64,000 nucleotides of DNA. Origin: a virus (taxonomy: Duplodnaviria > Caudoviricetes). The DNA lies in IMG/VR virus record IMGVR_UViG_3300011979_000363, positions 1 to 64,000 of that record, one strand, 5' to 3'. Position 1 is the first letter of the stretch. Each line of letters begins with the position of its first letter. Of the stretch, positions 47,039 through 57,492 are shown one piece after another. A program made the position numbers and the translations under genes. The notes beneath the pieces are model-generated. The model searched no databases. It was given only the letters and a program-made list of their open reading frames with translations, and was not told the DNA's origin.

Positions 47039-48415
47039 ATGGCTAAAACAAGATTGGGTGGTGTTTTTACCACCGACATAGACGGAGGCATTCAGAGTAC
47101 TTCTCTTATCAGTACTGAGAACGTTTGTGGTCTTATTTTTGACACTAAGATTGTAGGTGGATTTGCCAAAGCTTTTGCTGATGGCAGTACGGCCGCTAAG
47201 AACTTTGCCAATGGTAATGTCGTGGAGCTTAATACTGTTAAGGACGTTGATGCTGCTGGCATTGATGATAAGGTAATGGCTGGTCTTCCGCTTTACCACC
47301 TTAACATGTTCTTTAAGCTTACGGGCGGTGATGTGCGCCTTTTCGTTGCATTCATGGATTCTACAACGGACACTCAGTTTGAAGCAATTGAAAAGATGCA
47401 GCTTGCGGCTAACGGCATTATCTATCAGATTGGTGTCTGGACTGGTGAGCCTATCGCTACTCTCGATGAGGGATCCAAGGCACTTAAAGTTGCTGATGAC
47501 AGTCTTATTTCAAAGCTTGAATCTCAGGCAGAGGTTCTTGGTGGTAAGATTGGCGTAACCAACTATGAGGGCAATGCTCCAGTCAATATTCTCCTGAATG
47601 CACCTATTGCTAATCAGGCTGTTATTGACTATAAGGCTCTTCCAGATATTAGCAATCTGAATGCGCCTAAGGTCTCTGTACTTATTGGTCAGGCTGCTAC
47701 AGATACGGTACATGCCCTTCAGTTGGCTGTCAATAATGTAGCAGACACTGGTGGATACGCTATTGTCGGTAATATCGGGGCTGCTCTTGCATGTCTCTCT
47801 ATCGCTCCGGCTAATGAGAGCATTGCCCATGTTGCAAGCTTCAACCTTTCGGCCGCTATGACAGAGGCAGAGCTTGGTTTTGGCAACCTTACTCAGAATG
47901 AAAAGAAGTGGGCTGACGGCGTGAGCTTCAACAATATCAAGACGATTGGTTATCTTAAGCGTAATCAGTATCTCCATCAGAAGGGTTACATTTTCCTGAC
48001 CAACTACGATGGCTTGGAGAACAGCATTTTCTTCTCTTCTGATCAGACCCTTACTGATGGTGACTATCGTACCATTGCCCGTTGCCGAGTGATGCATAAG
48101 AGCCGTCGAGTGGTTCGTCAGGCACTGTTGCCTTATGTAAACAATGATGTTGAGGTAGATACCACTACTGGTTATATCTCTGCCTCTGCCATCACTGCTT
48201 ACCGCAATGTTGTTTATGACGCACTCGACACCAATATGGTAGAGCCTGGCACGACTAAACCTCAGATCAGTGGCCGTGTTTGTGAGATTGATCCTGCCCA
48301 GAAGATTTTGGAGAATGATGAGTTCCATATCAGCTACTCACTCGTTCCTCGTGGTCTCACGTCCGCAATCTTTGTCACGGAGGGCTTCACGTCCACGATT
48401 GCCTCTCAGTCATAA
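47039..48415 (+). CDS. Tail sheath protein 1 (DUF2586-like)
   Basis: 458 aa; C-terminal RCRVMHKSRRVVRQALLPYVN...IDPAQKIL; upstream of the tube gene. Confidence 0.78.
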   Translation: MAKTRLGGVFTTDIDGGIQSTSLISTENVCGLIFDTKIVGGFAKAFADGSTAAKNFANGNVVELNTVKDVDAAGIDDKVMAGLPLYHLNMFFKLTGGDVRLFVAFMDSTTDTQFEAIEKMQLAANGIIYQIGVWTGEPIATLDEGSKALKVADDSLISKLESQAEVLGGKIGVTNYEGNAPVNILLNAPIANQAVIDYKALPDISNLNAPKVSVLIGQAATDTVHALQLAVNNVADTGGYAIVGNIGAALACLSIAPANESIAHVASFNLSAAMTEAELGFGNLTQNEKKWADGVSFNNIKTIGYLKRNQYLHQKGYIFLTNYDGLENSIFFSSDQTLTDGDYRTIARCRVMHKSRRVVRQALLPYVNNDVEVDTTTGYISASAITAYRNVVYDALDTNMVEPGTTKPQISGRVCEIDPAQKILENDEFHISYSLVPRGLTSAIFVTEGFTSTIASQS

Positions 48416-48443
48416 ACATGTTTAATCAATAAAGAACAATAAT

Positions 48444-48941
48444 ATGGCGACAAAAATTAATAATGTCGATTATAGTTGGTCTATGATTCAGTTGCAGACC
48501 AACCTTGCCGGCGAGAGTGAGTCTGCACCTTTGTTCGTAGATTGTACTGCTATTTCTTGGAATGCCAACCGTAAGGTTGACAAGATCTATGGTCTCGGCG
48601 GTCAGCAACGCAAGCGTGGTTTCGGTAATGTGACCTATGAGGCAAGTATTACGCTTCCTTATGGTACACAGGTCATGCTCCGTGATAAGTCGAGCAACGG
48701 AACACTTCTTGGCTTGGGCGAGTTTAACCTTATCGTCAGCTGGGTTAATGACCTTGCTCAGGATGTAACCAAAGAGACTGTTACTTTGGCTGGATGCTTG
48801 CTGACAAAGGATGGTATGAATGCCAAGCAGGATGATACGTCACTTCCTCAGGAGTTTGACCTCAACCCGTTCCGTATTTATACACCGAAATCTCAGGCTC
48901 TTTCTGCGAACCAGTGGAGCTTCGAGCTTTTCTCTCATTAA
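48444..48941 (+). CDS. Tail tube protein
   Basis: 165 aa; YSWSMIQL...GFGNVTYEASITL...TVTLAGC. Confidence 0.78.
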   Translation: MATKINNVDYSWSMIQLQTNLAGESESAPLFVDCTAISWNANRKVDKIYGLGGQQRKRGFGNVTYEASITLPYGTQVMLRDKSSNGTLLGLGEFNLIVSWVNDLAQDVTKETVTLAGCLLTKDGMNAKQDDTSLPQEFDLNPFRIYTPKSQALSANQWSFELFSH

Positions 48942-48990
48942 GCAACGATTTGTTGTTTGTCTCGATCATACTTTTTTGATAAGTTTGAGG

Positions 48991-49019
48991 GGTACTTCCT
49001 ATATGGGAGTACCTTTTTT
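48991..49019 (+). terminator. Intrinsic terminator after the tube gene
   Basis: GGTACTTCC-TATAT-GGGAGTACC-TTTTTT. Confidence 0.8.
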
Positions 49020-49087
49020 CGTGAATGTACTATTATATTAAAGAACAATATAATACTTCATAACAAACAACAAATAGAATTATTACA

Positions 49088-49588
49088 ATGGAACAAGTTT
49101 TGAATCCGACAAACGGCGTACAGCCAGAGCAGAACGCAAGTAAGCCTACGACTGGCGGTATAAATTTCTCAAACCTCTCAGAAGCTGATAATGCTTCTAA
49201 GACACTCGCTAATGACAATGCAGAAATTCAGTCAGATGGTGTTGAGCTTTCTGATGATGTCCGTGCTGCTATTTCTCAGAAGATTGCTTCTCTTAAGGCT
49301 GAGAAGAAAGTCAAGCGAGTGTTCGTTATCGTAGTGCAGGGCGATACTGAGGTAGGTGAGCTTCCTTATTACATTGGCTATTTCCGTCGTCCCAATCTTA
49401 TGGAGTTCTCTCAGTACATGAGCTTTATCCAGAAGGACGCAGTGCAGGCCAATCAGATGTTGGCTACTCAGATTTTCCTTGATGGCAATCGTGAGCTTGT
49501 TGACGATCAGGATATTTTCTTGTACGGCACTATGCAGCAGCTTGGCCACGTCATTGATACACGTAATACGGAGCTGGTAAAAAAATAG
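49088..49588 (+). CDS. Tail assembly chaperone (gpG-like)
   Basis: 166 aa after the tube gene; ends in a slippery A AAA AAA TAG. Confidence 0.75.
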   Translation: MEQVLNPTNGVQPEQNASKPTTGGINFSNLSEADNASKTLANDNAEIQSDGVELSDDVRAAISQKIASLKAEKKVKRVFVIVVQGDTEVGELPYYIGYFRRPNLMEFSQYMSFIQKDAVQANQMLATQIFLDGNRELVDDQDIFLYGTMQQLGHVIDTRNTELVKK

Positions 49589-49788
49589 AGCGTTGTCATG
49601 TCGGTAAAGAGGATTATTACAGACAACGCTTAGCGCTTACCGCTTACTATTATCCTTGGTTAGACTGGAAGAATGGCGACATTTCAGATGATGAATTTGT
49701 CTTTTGGAGTGAAAACGCCTACTGGGTACACTCCCAGATGCTGATGGTTCAGCAAGCGAACAGTCTAAGTCTGTTAGGCGGTAAATAA
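49579..49788 (+). CDS. -1 frameshift extension of the chaperone (gpGT-like)
   Basis: A7 at 49579-85; the -1 frame is open for 67 codons (IERCHVGKEDYYRQRLALTAYYYPW...LLGGK*) with no upstream start codon of its own. Confidence 0.78.
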   Translation, partial: KKIERCHVGKEDYYRQRLALTAYYYPWLDWKNGDISDDEFVFWSENAYWVHSQMLMVQQANSLSLLGGK

Positions 49789-49799
49789 GCATGCTTATA

Positions 49800-49837
49800 G
49801 GGGATTGTATGGGAAACCATGCAATCCCTTATTTTTT
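49800..49837 (+). terminator. Intrinsic terminator
   Basis: AGGGATTGTATGG-GAAA-CCATGCAATCCCT-TATTTTTT. Confidence 0.8.
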
Positions 49838-49863
49838 ACTATTATAAATAAAAAGTCAAAAAT

Positions 49864-51153
49864 ATGTCACAAGTAGGATTAGGTTACATTACCACTAATA
49901 CTTTCAGTCCACAAAACGTCAACTTCCTGCTCCCAATGGATGAGAGCGTATGTGGTATGTTGTTCGATTTATCGGGATTCAACAAACCATTTGAAGATTA
50001 TTATGCTGTCAGACAATTCTTTGGCAATGGTGAGACACAATGCGTTCACAACATGGAAGAAGCTGAGAATTGTGGTTTGTGGAAGAATGATTTTATGAAT
50101 GGTGTTCCTTATTATCATGTCAAAGCATTCTATGATTATGTAGGCAAAGACACGCCACTATACATTAAGTTTGCAGACTGTAGTAAGAATTTCGATGCCA
50201 TTGAAGAAATGCAGTCGCAGGCCAATGGCAAAATGTTCCAGATTGGCGTATGGACAGCCCAACCATTATGGACTATAGTTAATGGAAAGGCCATGGTATT
50301 TTCTGATCTATGCTCCAATGTTGAGATAGCCGCAGAGCTGTTAACTGGCAAGATTGGAGGGCAGCAAGCAAGCAGCACTCATATTTCTCCAGCCAGTGTT
50401 TTACTTTGCCCCAATACTTACTTCAAAAATGCAGGGCTGACATTGTTCAATGTTCCAAACGGCTTAACACTCAATATGCCAAAGCTGTCAGTATGCTTAG
50501 TGCAAGATGGTACGGATGAGGTACACACTATGCAATTGAAGAATCCAAACCATGCTCCAGTAGGCTGTTTAGGCATTCTTATGGCTTGTTGTTGCTTGGC
50601 TTATGCTGAGGAAAGCATTGGCTACGTTGCTAAGTTCAACCTCAATAAGAATGACCAGTTTGATAAAGCTGAGGTATGGTTCGGTGAGGGGGCTATCAGT
50701 GTTAAGAGCATGAATTATGCTAAGAACTATGCTGCGAGCAAAGGTTATATCGTGCCCACTGAATATAACGGGAAAGAAGCAGAAGTGTTTTTTGCCGGCG
50801 ACCCTACATTCAGTAAAGGAGACTATTATAGTCTTTCCAATAATCGTATTATGCATAAGGTAAGAAGAGCTGTTCAAAGCGCCTTGTTACCATATATTAA
50901 TGGTAATTTAGAGATTGATCCATCTACAGGAATGCTTTCAGCAACCTCCAACACTATTCTTACACAAGCTGTCATATCTATGCTTGATACGGCTATGGTG
51001 AATGTAGATCATCAATCCCAGTTGGCTGGCAGATCCGTATCGTTTGGGAATAGTTATGATATTTTGAACACTGATGAGATAAGTATGACTCTCAGCGTTC
51101 AGCCAGTCAATTATAGTAATGTGATCAATGAGAAAGATAGCATAAACTTCTAA
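49864..51153 (+). CDS. Tail sheath-like protein 2 (paralogue of 47039-48415)
   Basis: Shared motifs: VCGMLFD/VCGLIFD, FQIGVWT/YQIGVWT, RIMHKVRRAVQSALLPYIN/RVMHKSRRVVRQALLPYVN. Confidence 0.78.
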   Translation: MSQVGLGYITTNTFSPQNVNFLLPMDESVCGMLFDLSGFNKPFEDYYAVRQFFGNGETQCVHNMEEAENCGLWKNDFMNGVPYYHVKAFYDYVGKDTPLYIKFADCSKNFDAIEEMQSQANGKMFQIGVWTAQPLWTIVNGKAMVFSDLCSNVEIAAELLTGKIGGQQASSTHISPASVLLCPNTYFKNAGLTLFNVPNGLTLNMPKLSVCLVQDGTDEVHTMQLKNPNHAPVGCLGILMACCCLAYAEESIGYVAKFNLNKNDQFDKAEVWFGEGAISVKSMNYAKNYAASKGYIVPTEYNGKEAEVFFAGDPTFSKGDYYSLSNNRIMHKVRRAVQSALLPYINGNLEIDPSTGMLSATSNTILTQAVISMLDTAMVNVDHQSQLAGRSVSFGNSYDILNTDEISMTLSVQPVNYSNVINEKDSINF

Positions 51154-51174
51154 TATCAATATTAAAAATACATT

Positions 51175-54100
51175 ATGGCAGATACCAAAATTTACAGGGT
51201 AGAGTATCAGATTGCGGCTAATGATGCAGCTTCTGCTGTCTTTGAGAAGATGGCGAGGGCAGCTAAAAATTCAGTTGCACCAATTAACAGCATGCTTACT
51301 GGAATAGGAAATTTCAGTCAGCAAGTTGCAAAGATTAATGAGAATGATAGTCTTAAGAATTTGATGGCTCTTAAACCTCAGTTTAATGAAACTGAGTGGA
51401 AGAAGTCATTGGACAGTCTTATCACTATCGCAAGAAATAAGGCAACAGAGCTTAAAGGAACATTCTCCAAGCCTCTTCAAGACCTTATCCCCAAAGAAGG
51501 TGGTTCAAAAGCTTTTAACGACCTTAAGAAGCAATATGATGATCTTACTAAGAGCTTTAATGAGTTTAAGAAAGCTGCTTCGAAGCCTGTTTTAGGTACT
51601 ACTACATCAGGCATTGCCAGTCAGGTTAAGACAGAGACAGATGCTCTTAAGAAGTTAGAGCAGGAACAAGAATCGCTTATAGCTAAGAGAGAGGACATCA
51701 ATAAGCGATATGCCAATGCTAAAGCAGAATATGCAAAAGCAGTAGGTGCATTTAACAGCAAGGCTGGGAAACTGTCTCCGCAATTTGGTCTTGTATCTAA
51801 AGACCCGACTCTTTATAGCGCACAAACAAAGGGCGATTGGGAGCCACTTTTCCAAAACGCTACTAAGGCAAAGGAAGAGTTCACATCCTTGCTCAAACAG
51901 AAAAAAGAGGTTGATGAAGCTATTGAAAAGGCTAACAAAAATCTTATCAACGCCAGAAAAGAAGCTGAAAGTGGGGGTGGTAAATCTTCACCAGCCATTG
52001 CAGCTTCAACGGGGAAATCTGCCGCTAAAACAGTTGAAGCTACCACCTCAGTAGAAGAAATTAATAAGCGCACTGCCGCTCTCAATAATTTATTAGAGAC
52101 AGTAAACAAGCTGAAAAGTCAGTTCAAATTTACGGCTGATATTAATACGGCTCCAGCTATAGCAAAGATTAACGACTTGCTGCATCTGGTTCGTGATAAT
52201 GCCGTGACCATTCCTATCACTTTTGGAGGTACTGGTATCAATCCCCGAAAGGCTATTGATGAGGCTACTGGGAAAATTTCTGAGGAAGGAAGAAGAGCTG
52301 CCGACGAAGCCAACAGTATTATTAATCAAGGTAAAAACAGAAGTAAGAAGCAGGTCAAATCCAGTGAGCCTACTCTGATTCAACGTATTCAGGATCAAAT
52401 TGCTGAGGTCCAAAAGACAATGCCTACTATTCCGCTTAAATTCTCTGTGAGCGATGGTGGATCATTGCAGACGAAAGTCAATGAGATCGTCAAGTCCATT
52501 AAGCCTGCTCCAATCAAAGTAGATGTCATTCCAGTCAACGCTACTAAGAGCGCTGAGGGACTTAAGAATGTTCCTAAGAAGACTAAGGGCGGTGAAAGTT
52601 TAGGTAAGATAACCAAGAACATATCTGAGGAATATTCCAGACTTCAAAAATACGCTAATGAGAAGCCGATCATCGTTCGTAGTATTTTCAATGGTTCACA
52701 AGCTCAGTTTGACTTAAGCGTTCTCATTCATCGCTTACAGAAATATGCAAATGAACTGCCAGTCATTGCTCGTAGCGTGTTCAATGGAAGTGAGGCTAAG
52801 TTTAATCTGAGTCTCACCTTACATGAGCTGCAACGATATGCTGAGAGTTATCCAGTTGTTATATCTACAAAGCTGGCTAATCCAAAGACAGACATCAATA
52901 AACTATTGTCAAATAAGCAGAAGTATGATGTTCCTGTTAATGTCAAACTTAAGGCTATTGGAATTTCTAAAGCAAGTATTAACAAGCTTATTCCAAAGGA
53001 TAAAAAATATGACATTCCAGTCAACGTTAAGTTTAACTCGACAACTGCCGCTAAGCGTTTTAATACTCTTATTAAGAATATCAAGGGCAAAGCTGCAATT
53101 GAAGTCAAGCTTAAGGTTAATACAAATGGCATAGCCAAAAAAGTAAGGGATTCTATAAAGAATATCAAGACTGAGATACCACTTAAACTTACTTCTAAAG
53201 GAGCTTCATCCAGTCTTAATAAAGTATTATTAAGACTTCAAGAAATAGCCAACAAAAAGCCTATTGTCATAAAGACAGAGCTTAATTCAGGTAAAGCTAT
53301 AGAAGGTCTTACCACCACTATTGAGCGGTTGCAGCGTGCCGTTAACAACCTCAATAAAAATGCTGCTTTACAGACCCAGAACAGAATGGCTAAGATGGCG
53401 GCTTCAGAAGAGCCTGCCGTTGTTACACCAGTACAGAGACGGGTCAATGAGTTTGTTGCTGGGGGTGGTAGTAAGATATATGGCAAAGGATCCAATGCCG
53501 ACTATTATACCAGACTTCGTGCTTGGGCTTATCCGTTCACTGGTAATACATCATTTGGCGCGACGACTCCTGCAGCCCTTAGCATGATGAAAGACATGGG
53601 TAGCATGATGGCCGTTGGTAGTTTCATGGGCGCTATTGGCAGTGGCCTGCATCAGGCTATTGACTATCAGAACACCATGAAGACAGTCCAAGCCATTTTG
53701 CAGACCTCAGATGACCATTACAATATCGGTGCATTCAACAATATGCAACGTATTGTAAGAAATGTCGGTAAGGAAACTAAGTTCACTGCTCCTCAGGTTG
53801 CTGGTGCTGCACGCTTTATGGCTATGGCTGGATTGAACACAAGGGATATTTCCAATGCTATCCGTCCAGTTGCCGATGTAGCCTTGATCGGTGACACAGA
53901 CCTTGCTACTACTGCTGACAAGCTTACCAATGTGATGACTACGTTTGGTTTGAAGTCCAGTCAGATGCGTACTATTGCCGATATTATGACCTCTACGTTC
54001 ACAAGGTCAAATACCGACATGATGATGCTTGCTGAGAGTGCCAAATACGCTGGTGGTATCGCTCACTTGTATGGTGGCAAGGACTTTATGAAGACCTTCT

Positions 54101-57100
54101 CAGACACAATGGCCATGTTTGGTGTGCTTGGTAACTCAGGTATTCAAGCATCGTCAGCTGGTACAACCATTCGTATGATGTATCAGAACTTGATGCAGCC
54201 CAACAAGAACCAGCGTGAAACATTGCAGAAGTACGGTATCTATACTCGTGACAAGAATGGTCAGCCATTGCAGATGGTAGATATTCTTAAAGAGTTGGCA
54301 GCTAAGGTTCCCCGTGATCAGATGGCTGATGCAGTTGGTAAGATGTTCCGTATCACTGCCCAGCCTGGTGCAGCAGCATTGGCTACCCATATCTATGACC
54401 TTGTTGGTAATCCTGCTACTGGTAAAAAAGGTCTGATAGAAGCTAACCGAGAGGCTATGGGTACTGATGTGTCAGGACATATTGCCGACCAGAAGAAGAT
54501 GACCCTTTCCGGCCTTATGTATCAAGTTCAGTCAGCTTTTGGAGAGGGAATTTTACAAGCTGTTGAAGGTAGGCAAAAACAGTGGGCAGACTTACTGAAA
54601 CGGCTTACTAAGTTCATTTCCAGTCCACAAACTATAGAGGGATTAAGTAAGATTGTAGACTTGGTGGAATATTTGGGTAAGACCATGCTTGGCTTTGTCA
54701 AGATTTGGGTTAAGGGATATACCATGTTTCCGAACTTTATCAATAGCTTGTTAAAAGCCCAAATGATCTTTACCCAGATAGGTTATCTCTTTACTCCTTT
54801 CGTGCAGATGGTAGGAACGCTCAGAACGCTACTTACCATGATACCCGGTGTAAAAAGAATAGGAGGCGGAGCTGGAGTAAGTTCTCTACTTGGTGTAGGA
54901 GCATTATCAACTGGTGGGGCTATTGCATATTCAAATAATGGCGGTCGTTATACAGAAGGAGAACGAGCTATGTTTGCCATGATGGGGGCACAAGCAACTA
55001 CTCCTACTGCTGAACTTTTGGCTGCAAAAGATAAGAAATGGCGTTATGAAGTGGCACGTGACCGTTTGAGAAATTCGGTTATGTATCATGGTGAGCGTAC
55101 TGCCGTCTCTCCATTATGGTATGCTCCTATGGCTCAGTTTGGCATAAACAAAGATGAAAATCCTGCTGAGTGGAAGAAGAGTTATGTAGATAGTAGACAA
55201 TGGATGAAGGAACGCAGCATGTTTGCAGCTACCAATATAGAAGCACGTCAAGCTGCTGCACGGAGAGCACAAGAAAGTGTTGAGCGTCAACAAAGCATTA
55301 TCAATGCTGAGCGTGCTAAGATGGCGGAGATGCAAAGTAAACGTTTTGCTTTGATGCGTTCTATGAGACGACCTGCTCAGCTTGCCAATGTTGAATTGAT
55401 GGCCAGATATGCTAATATGGCTGGAGACACAGCATTGGTAGCATCTGTCATGCCTGATTTCAAGAGTAAAGCACTTAGAGATTCCAGTTTCGCTAAGCGA
55501 TTAGTGATGAGCGGAAATAAGAATTTCGCTAAGATTGGCTGGAGTGCTGCATTCAAAGGAAGTCTTGAAAGAGGTTTCAATGCTGGCTCTGTTGGTTTTA
55601 TCAATGGGATTAAACGGATGTTTACGTCCGCCGGTTCACTGATTAAGAATTTTGCATTTACTCTACTCAGAGGGTTGTCTACCGCTATTGGTTTCCTTGT
55701 CAGTCCAATAGGATTAGCCACTACTGCATTGGTTGGCCTTACTGCCGCAGGCGTTTATTTCTACAATAAAGTCAAGAAATGGAAAGAGCAAACCATTAAT
55801 AACGCCAATGACTACGGAAAGACAATAATCAATAATGCCAGAAAGCAGAAGCAACACCTTGACAACATCACTGGAAGGAATAATCTGCCTAATTTCCAAG
55901 GTGGTTCAATTGATGATAATGGTAGCACAATCGCTGGAGGAAGTTCTCGCAAAGCAAAGTTAGTAGCCATTAAAGACATTAATTGGGAAAAAGCTAATAA
56001 GGCTCAGACTCAAGTTGATAAAATTTTCCAAAACAATATATTCGGCTTTAGCAATGGCTTGGAGAAATATCGCAATATGAAGCCAAAATCTACATATAAC
56101 AGTGTAGACGATCTTTCATCCAGAGGCGGTGCATTTACATTATGGTATCATTTGTTTGGCGGTGAAAAAGATGTGCGTGAGAAAGAAAACACTGATGCTG
56201 CCGCTAATCGTGAGCGTAATAATCTTATTGTTAAAGGTGCTAATGCTCCTGAGACTATTAAAGCCCAAAATGAGATCATAGCTCTCCGTAAGAAATATAT
56301 TGCTGGACAAATTAATTATGCTTCTTTCCAGAAAAAAGCTGAGAAGATCATCAATTCAGCTATTAACACGAAAGGCGCATTAAATGCAGACAATTATTCG
56401 TTTGGTGAGATTAGACGGTCAAATCCTAAGCGTTTCATCCAGTATCAAAAGAGTGCATTGAATGTACTTCAAGCTGAACTGAAGGGAGATGCAGGAACAT
56501 TGAGTGGCTATTATGACGCTCAAGCAGCACTTCGTAAGGGTATTCCAGCGTTTACGAGTAAATGGACAAGTGCTATCAGGCGTTTGCTTGGTGGTATGAC
56601 ATTTGAACTTCAGACTGCCACGAAAACTGTCCATATAACTATGAACACACTGCCTAATGGTAAGTTTGATTTTAACAACATTCTCGCTCAGATACGTCAG
56701 AAAGTTGCTGGCTTCAAGGGTACTATTGTTAATTTTGCGAAGATGGTTGCTAATGTATATAGCTACCTTGCGAGCAATGGCTTTATTGGTAAGTATTATA
56801 AAGACGCACGTAAGTATGTTTATGACCAAATCAAAAACAGGTCTATTTCTTATGGGGAAGCTGCTGCTTATTTTGATAAAAATATAGGAAAAGGCAATGG
56901 AAGAGCTACATGGAATGGAATGAATCGCCATCAATATGCAACTTATGTGTCTTCTGGAAAAAATAACAAGGCTGCTAAGGAGCGTGTGAGGATTCGTAAA
57001 AACACTGCTGATGCAGCTGTTGATCCGATTGTAGCAAATTTGAAGAGGCAACAAGCGCAAGCAAAAGCTTTAGCGTCATCAGCTAACAATGCTGTAACAC

Positions 57101-57435
57101 CTAAAGGTGGTAGCGGTAAAGGTGGTAAAGCGACTGGCAATGGAGGCACTGGCGGAACTGGTGGTGGCTCTGGAACAGGCGGAGGCTCTGGTGCTGGAAA
57201 TGGTAACAATCAGAAAGATTATGCTTCTACTTATGACAGAGGTGCTGCACGTCCTACGCAGGTCAATATTACTATAGATAGTCTTTGCAGATTTGATCGT
57301 ACTATGATTGCTAAGAATGCTGATGAGAAAGAGATAATAGAAATGATAGAAAACAAACTTGGAGAGGCAATCTCTATGTTGGCTTCATCAGCCTTGAATA
57401 CAGCTGGGACGGTAATTCAACAAGGATTGAACTAA
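51175..57435 (+). CDS. Tail tape measure protein
   Basis: 2086 aa; central TMP core (ETKFTAPQVAGAARFMAMAGL...GIQASSAGT), hydrophobic stretch, Gly-rich C-terminal linker. Confidence 0.92.
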   Translation: MADTKIYRVEYQIAANDAASAVFEKMARAAKNSVAPINSMLTGIGNFSQQVAKINENDSLKNLMALKPQFNETEWKKSLDSLITIARNKATELKGTFSKPLQDLIPKEGGSKAFNDLKKQYDDLTKSFNEFKKAASKPVLGTTTSGIASQVKTETDALKKLEQEQESLIAKREDINKRYANAKAEYAKAVGAFNSKAGKLSPQFGLVSKDPTLYSAQTKGDWEPLFQNATKAKEEFTSLLKQKKEVDEAIEKANKNLINARKEAESGGGKSSPAIAASTGKSAAKTVEATTSVEEINKRTAALNNLLETVNKLKSQFKFTADINTAPAIAKINDLLHLVRDNAVTIPITFGGTGINPRKAIDEATGKISEEGRRAADEANSIINQGKNRSKKQVKSSEPTLIQRIQDQIAEVQKTMPTIPLKFSVSDGGSLQTKVNEIVKSIKPAPIKVDVIPVNATKSAEGLKNVPKKTKGGESLGKITKNISEEYSRLQKYANEKPIIVRSIFNGSQAQFDLSVLIHRLQKYANELPVIARSVFNGSEAKFNLSLTLHELQRYAESYPVVISTKLANPKTDINKLLSNKQKYDVPVNVKLKAIGISKASINKLIPKDKKYDIPVNVKFNSTTAAKRFNTLIKNIKGKAAIEVKLKVNTNGIAKKVRDSIKNIKTEIPLKLTSKGASSSLNKVLLRLQEIANKKPIVIKTELNSGKAIEGLTTTIERLQRAVNNLNKNAALQTQNRMAKMAASEEPAVVTPVQRRVNEFVAGGGSKIYGKGSNADYYTRLRAWAYPFTGNTSFGATTPAALSMMKDMGSMMAVGSFMGAIGSGLHQAIDYQNTMKTVQAILQTSDDHYNIGAFNNMQRIVRNVGKETKFTAPQVAGAARFMAMAGLNTRDISNAIRPVADVALIGDTDLATTADKLTNVMTTFGLKSSQMRTIADIMTSTFTRSNTDMMMLAESAKYAGGIAHLYGGKDFMKTFSDTMAMFGVLGNSGIQASSAGTTIRMMYQNLMQPNKNQRETLQKYGIYTRDKNGQPLQMVDILKELAAKVPRDQMADAVGKMFRITAQPGAAALATHIYDLVGNPATGKKGLIEANREAMGTDVSGHIADQKKMTLSGLMYQVQSAFGEGILQAVEGRQKQWADLLKRLTKFISSPQTIEGLSKIVDLVEYLGKTMLGFVKIWVKGYTMFPNFINSLLKAQMIFTQIGYLFTPFVQMVGTLRTLLTMIPGVKRIGGGAGVSSLLGVGALSTGGAIAYSNNGGRYTEGERAMFAMMGAQATTPTAELLAAKDKKWRYEVARDRLRNSVMYHGERTAVSPLWYAPMAQFGINKDENPAEWKKSYVDSRQWMKERSMFAATNIEARQAAARRAQESVERQQSIINAERAKMAEMQSKRFALMRSMRRPAQLANVELMARYANMAGDTALVASVMPDFKSKALRDSSFAKRLVMSGNKNFAKIGWSAAFKGSLERGFNAGSVGFINGIKRMFTSAGSLIKNFAFTLLRGLSTAIGFLVSPIGLATTALVGLTAAGVYFYNKVKKWKEQTINNANDYGKTIINNARKQKQHLDNITGRNNLPNFQGGSIDDNGSTIAGGSSRKAKLVAIKDINWEKANKAQTQVDKIFQNNIFGFSNGLEKYRNMKPKSTYNSVDDLSSRGGAFTLWYHLFGGEKDVREKENTDAAANRERNNLIVKGANAPETIKAQNEIIALRKKYIAGQINYASFQKKAEKIINSAINTKGALNADNYSFGEIRRSNPKRFIQYQKSALNVLQAELKGDAGTLSGYYDAQAALRKGIPAFTSKWTSAIRRLLGGMTFELQTATKTVHITMNTLPNGKFDFNNILAQIRQKVAGFKGTIVNFAKMVANVYSYLASNGFIGKYYKDARKYVYDQIKNRSISYGEAAAYFDKNIGKGNGRATWNGMNRHQYATYVSSGKNNKAAKERVRIRKNTADAAVDPIVANLKRQQAQAKALASSANNAVTPKGGSGKGGKATGNGGTGGTGGGSGTGGGSGAGNGNNQKDYASTYDRGAARPTQVNITIDSLCRFDRTMIAKNADEKEIIEMIENKLGEAISMLASSALNTAGTVIQQGLN

Positions 57436-57456
57436 AGGAACTTTTCTTTATTGATT

Positions 57457-57483
57457 GGGGATGGTAAAAATATTACCACCCCC
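57457..57483. terminator. Hairpin between TMP and the antisense island
   Basis: GGGGATGGTAA-AAATA-TTACCACCCCC. Confidence 0.65.
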
Positions 57484-57492
57484 TATATAGTT

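Noticed and set aside
47510-48328. 272-aa antisense ORF and similar long shadows opposite structural genes
   Set aside because: Expected by-product of biased codon usage on the coding strand; no recognisable motifs.
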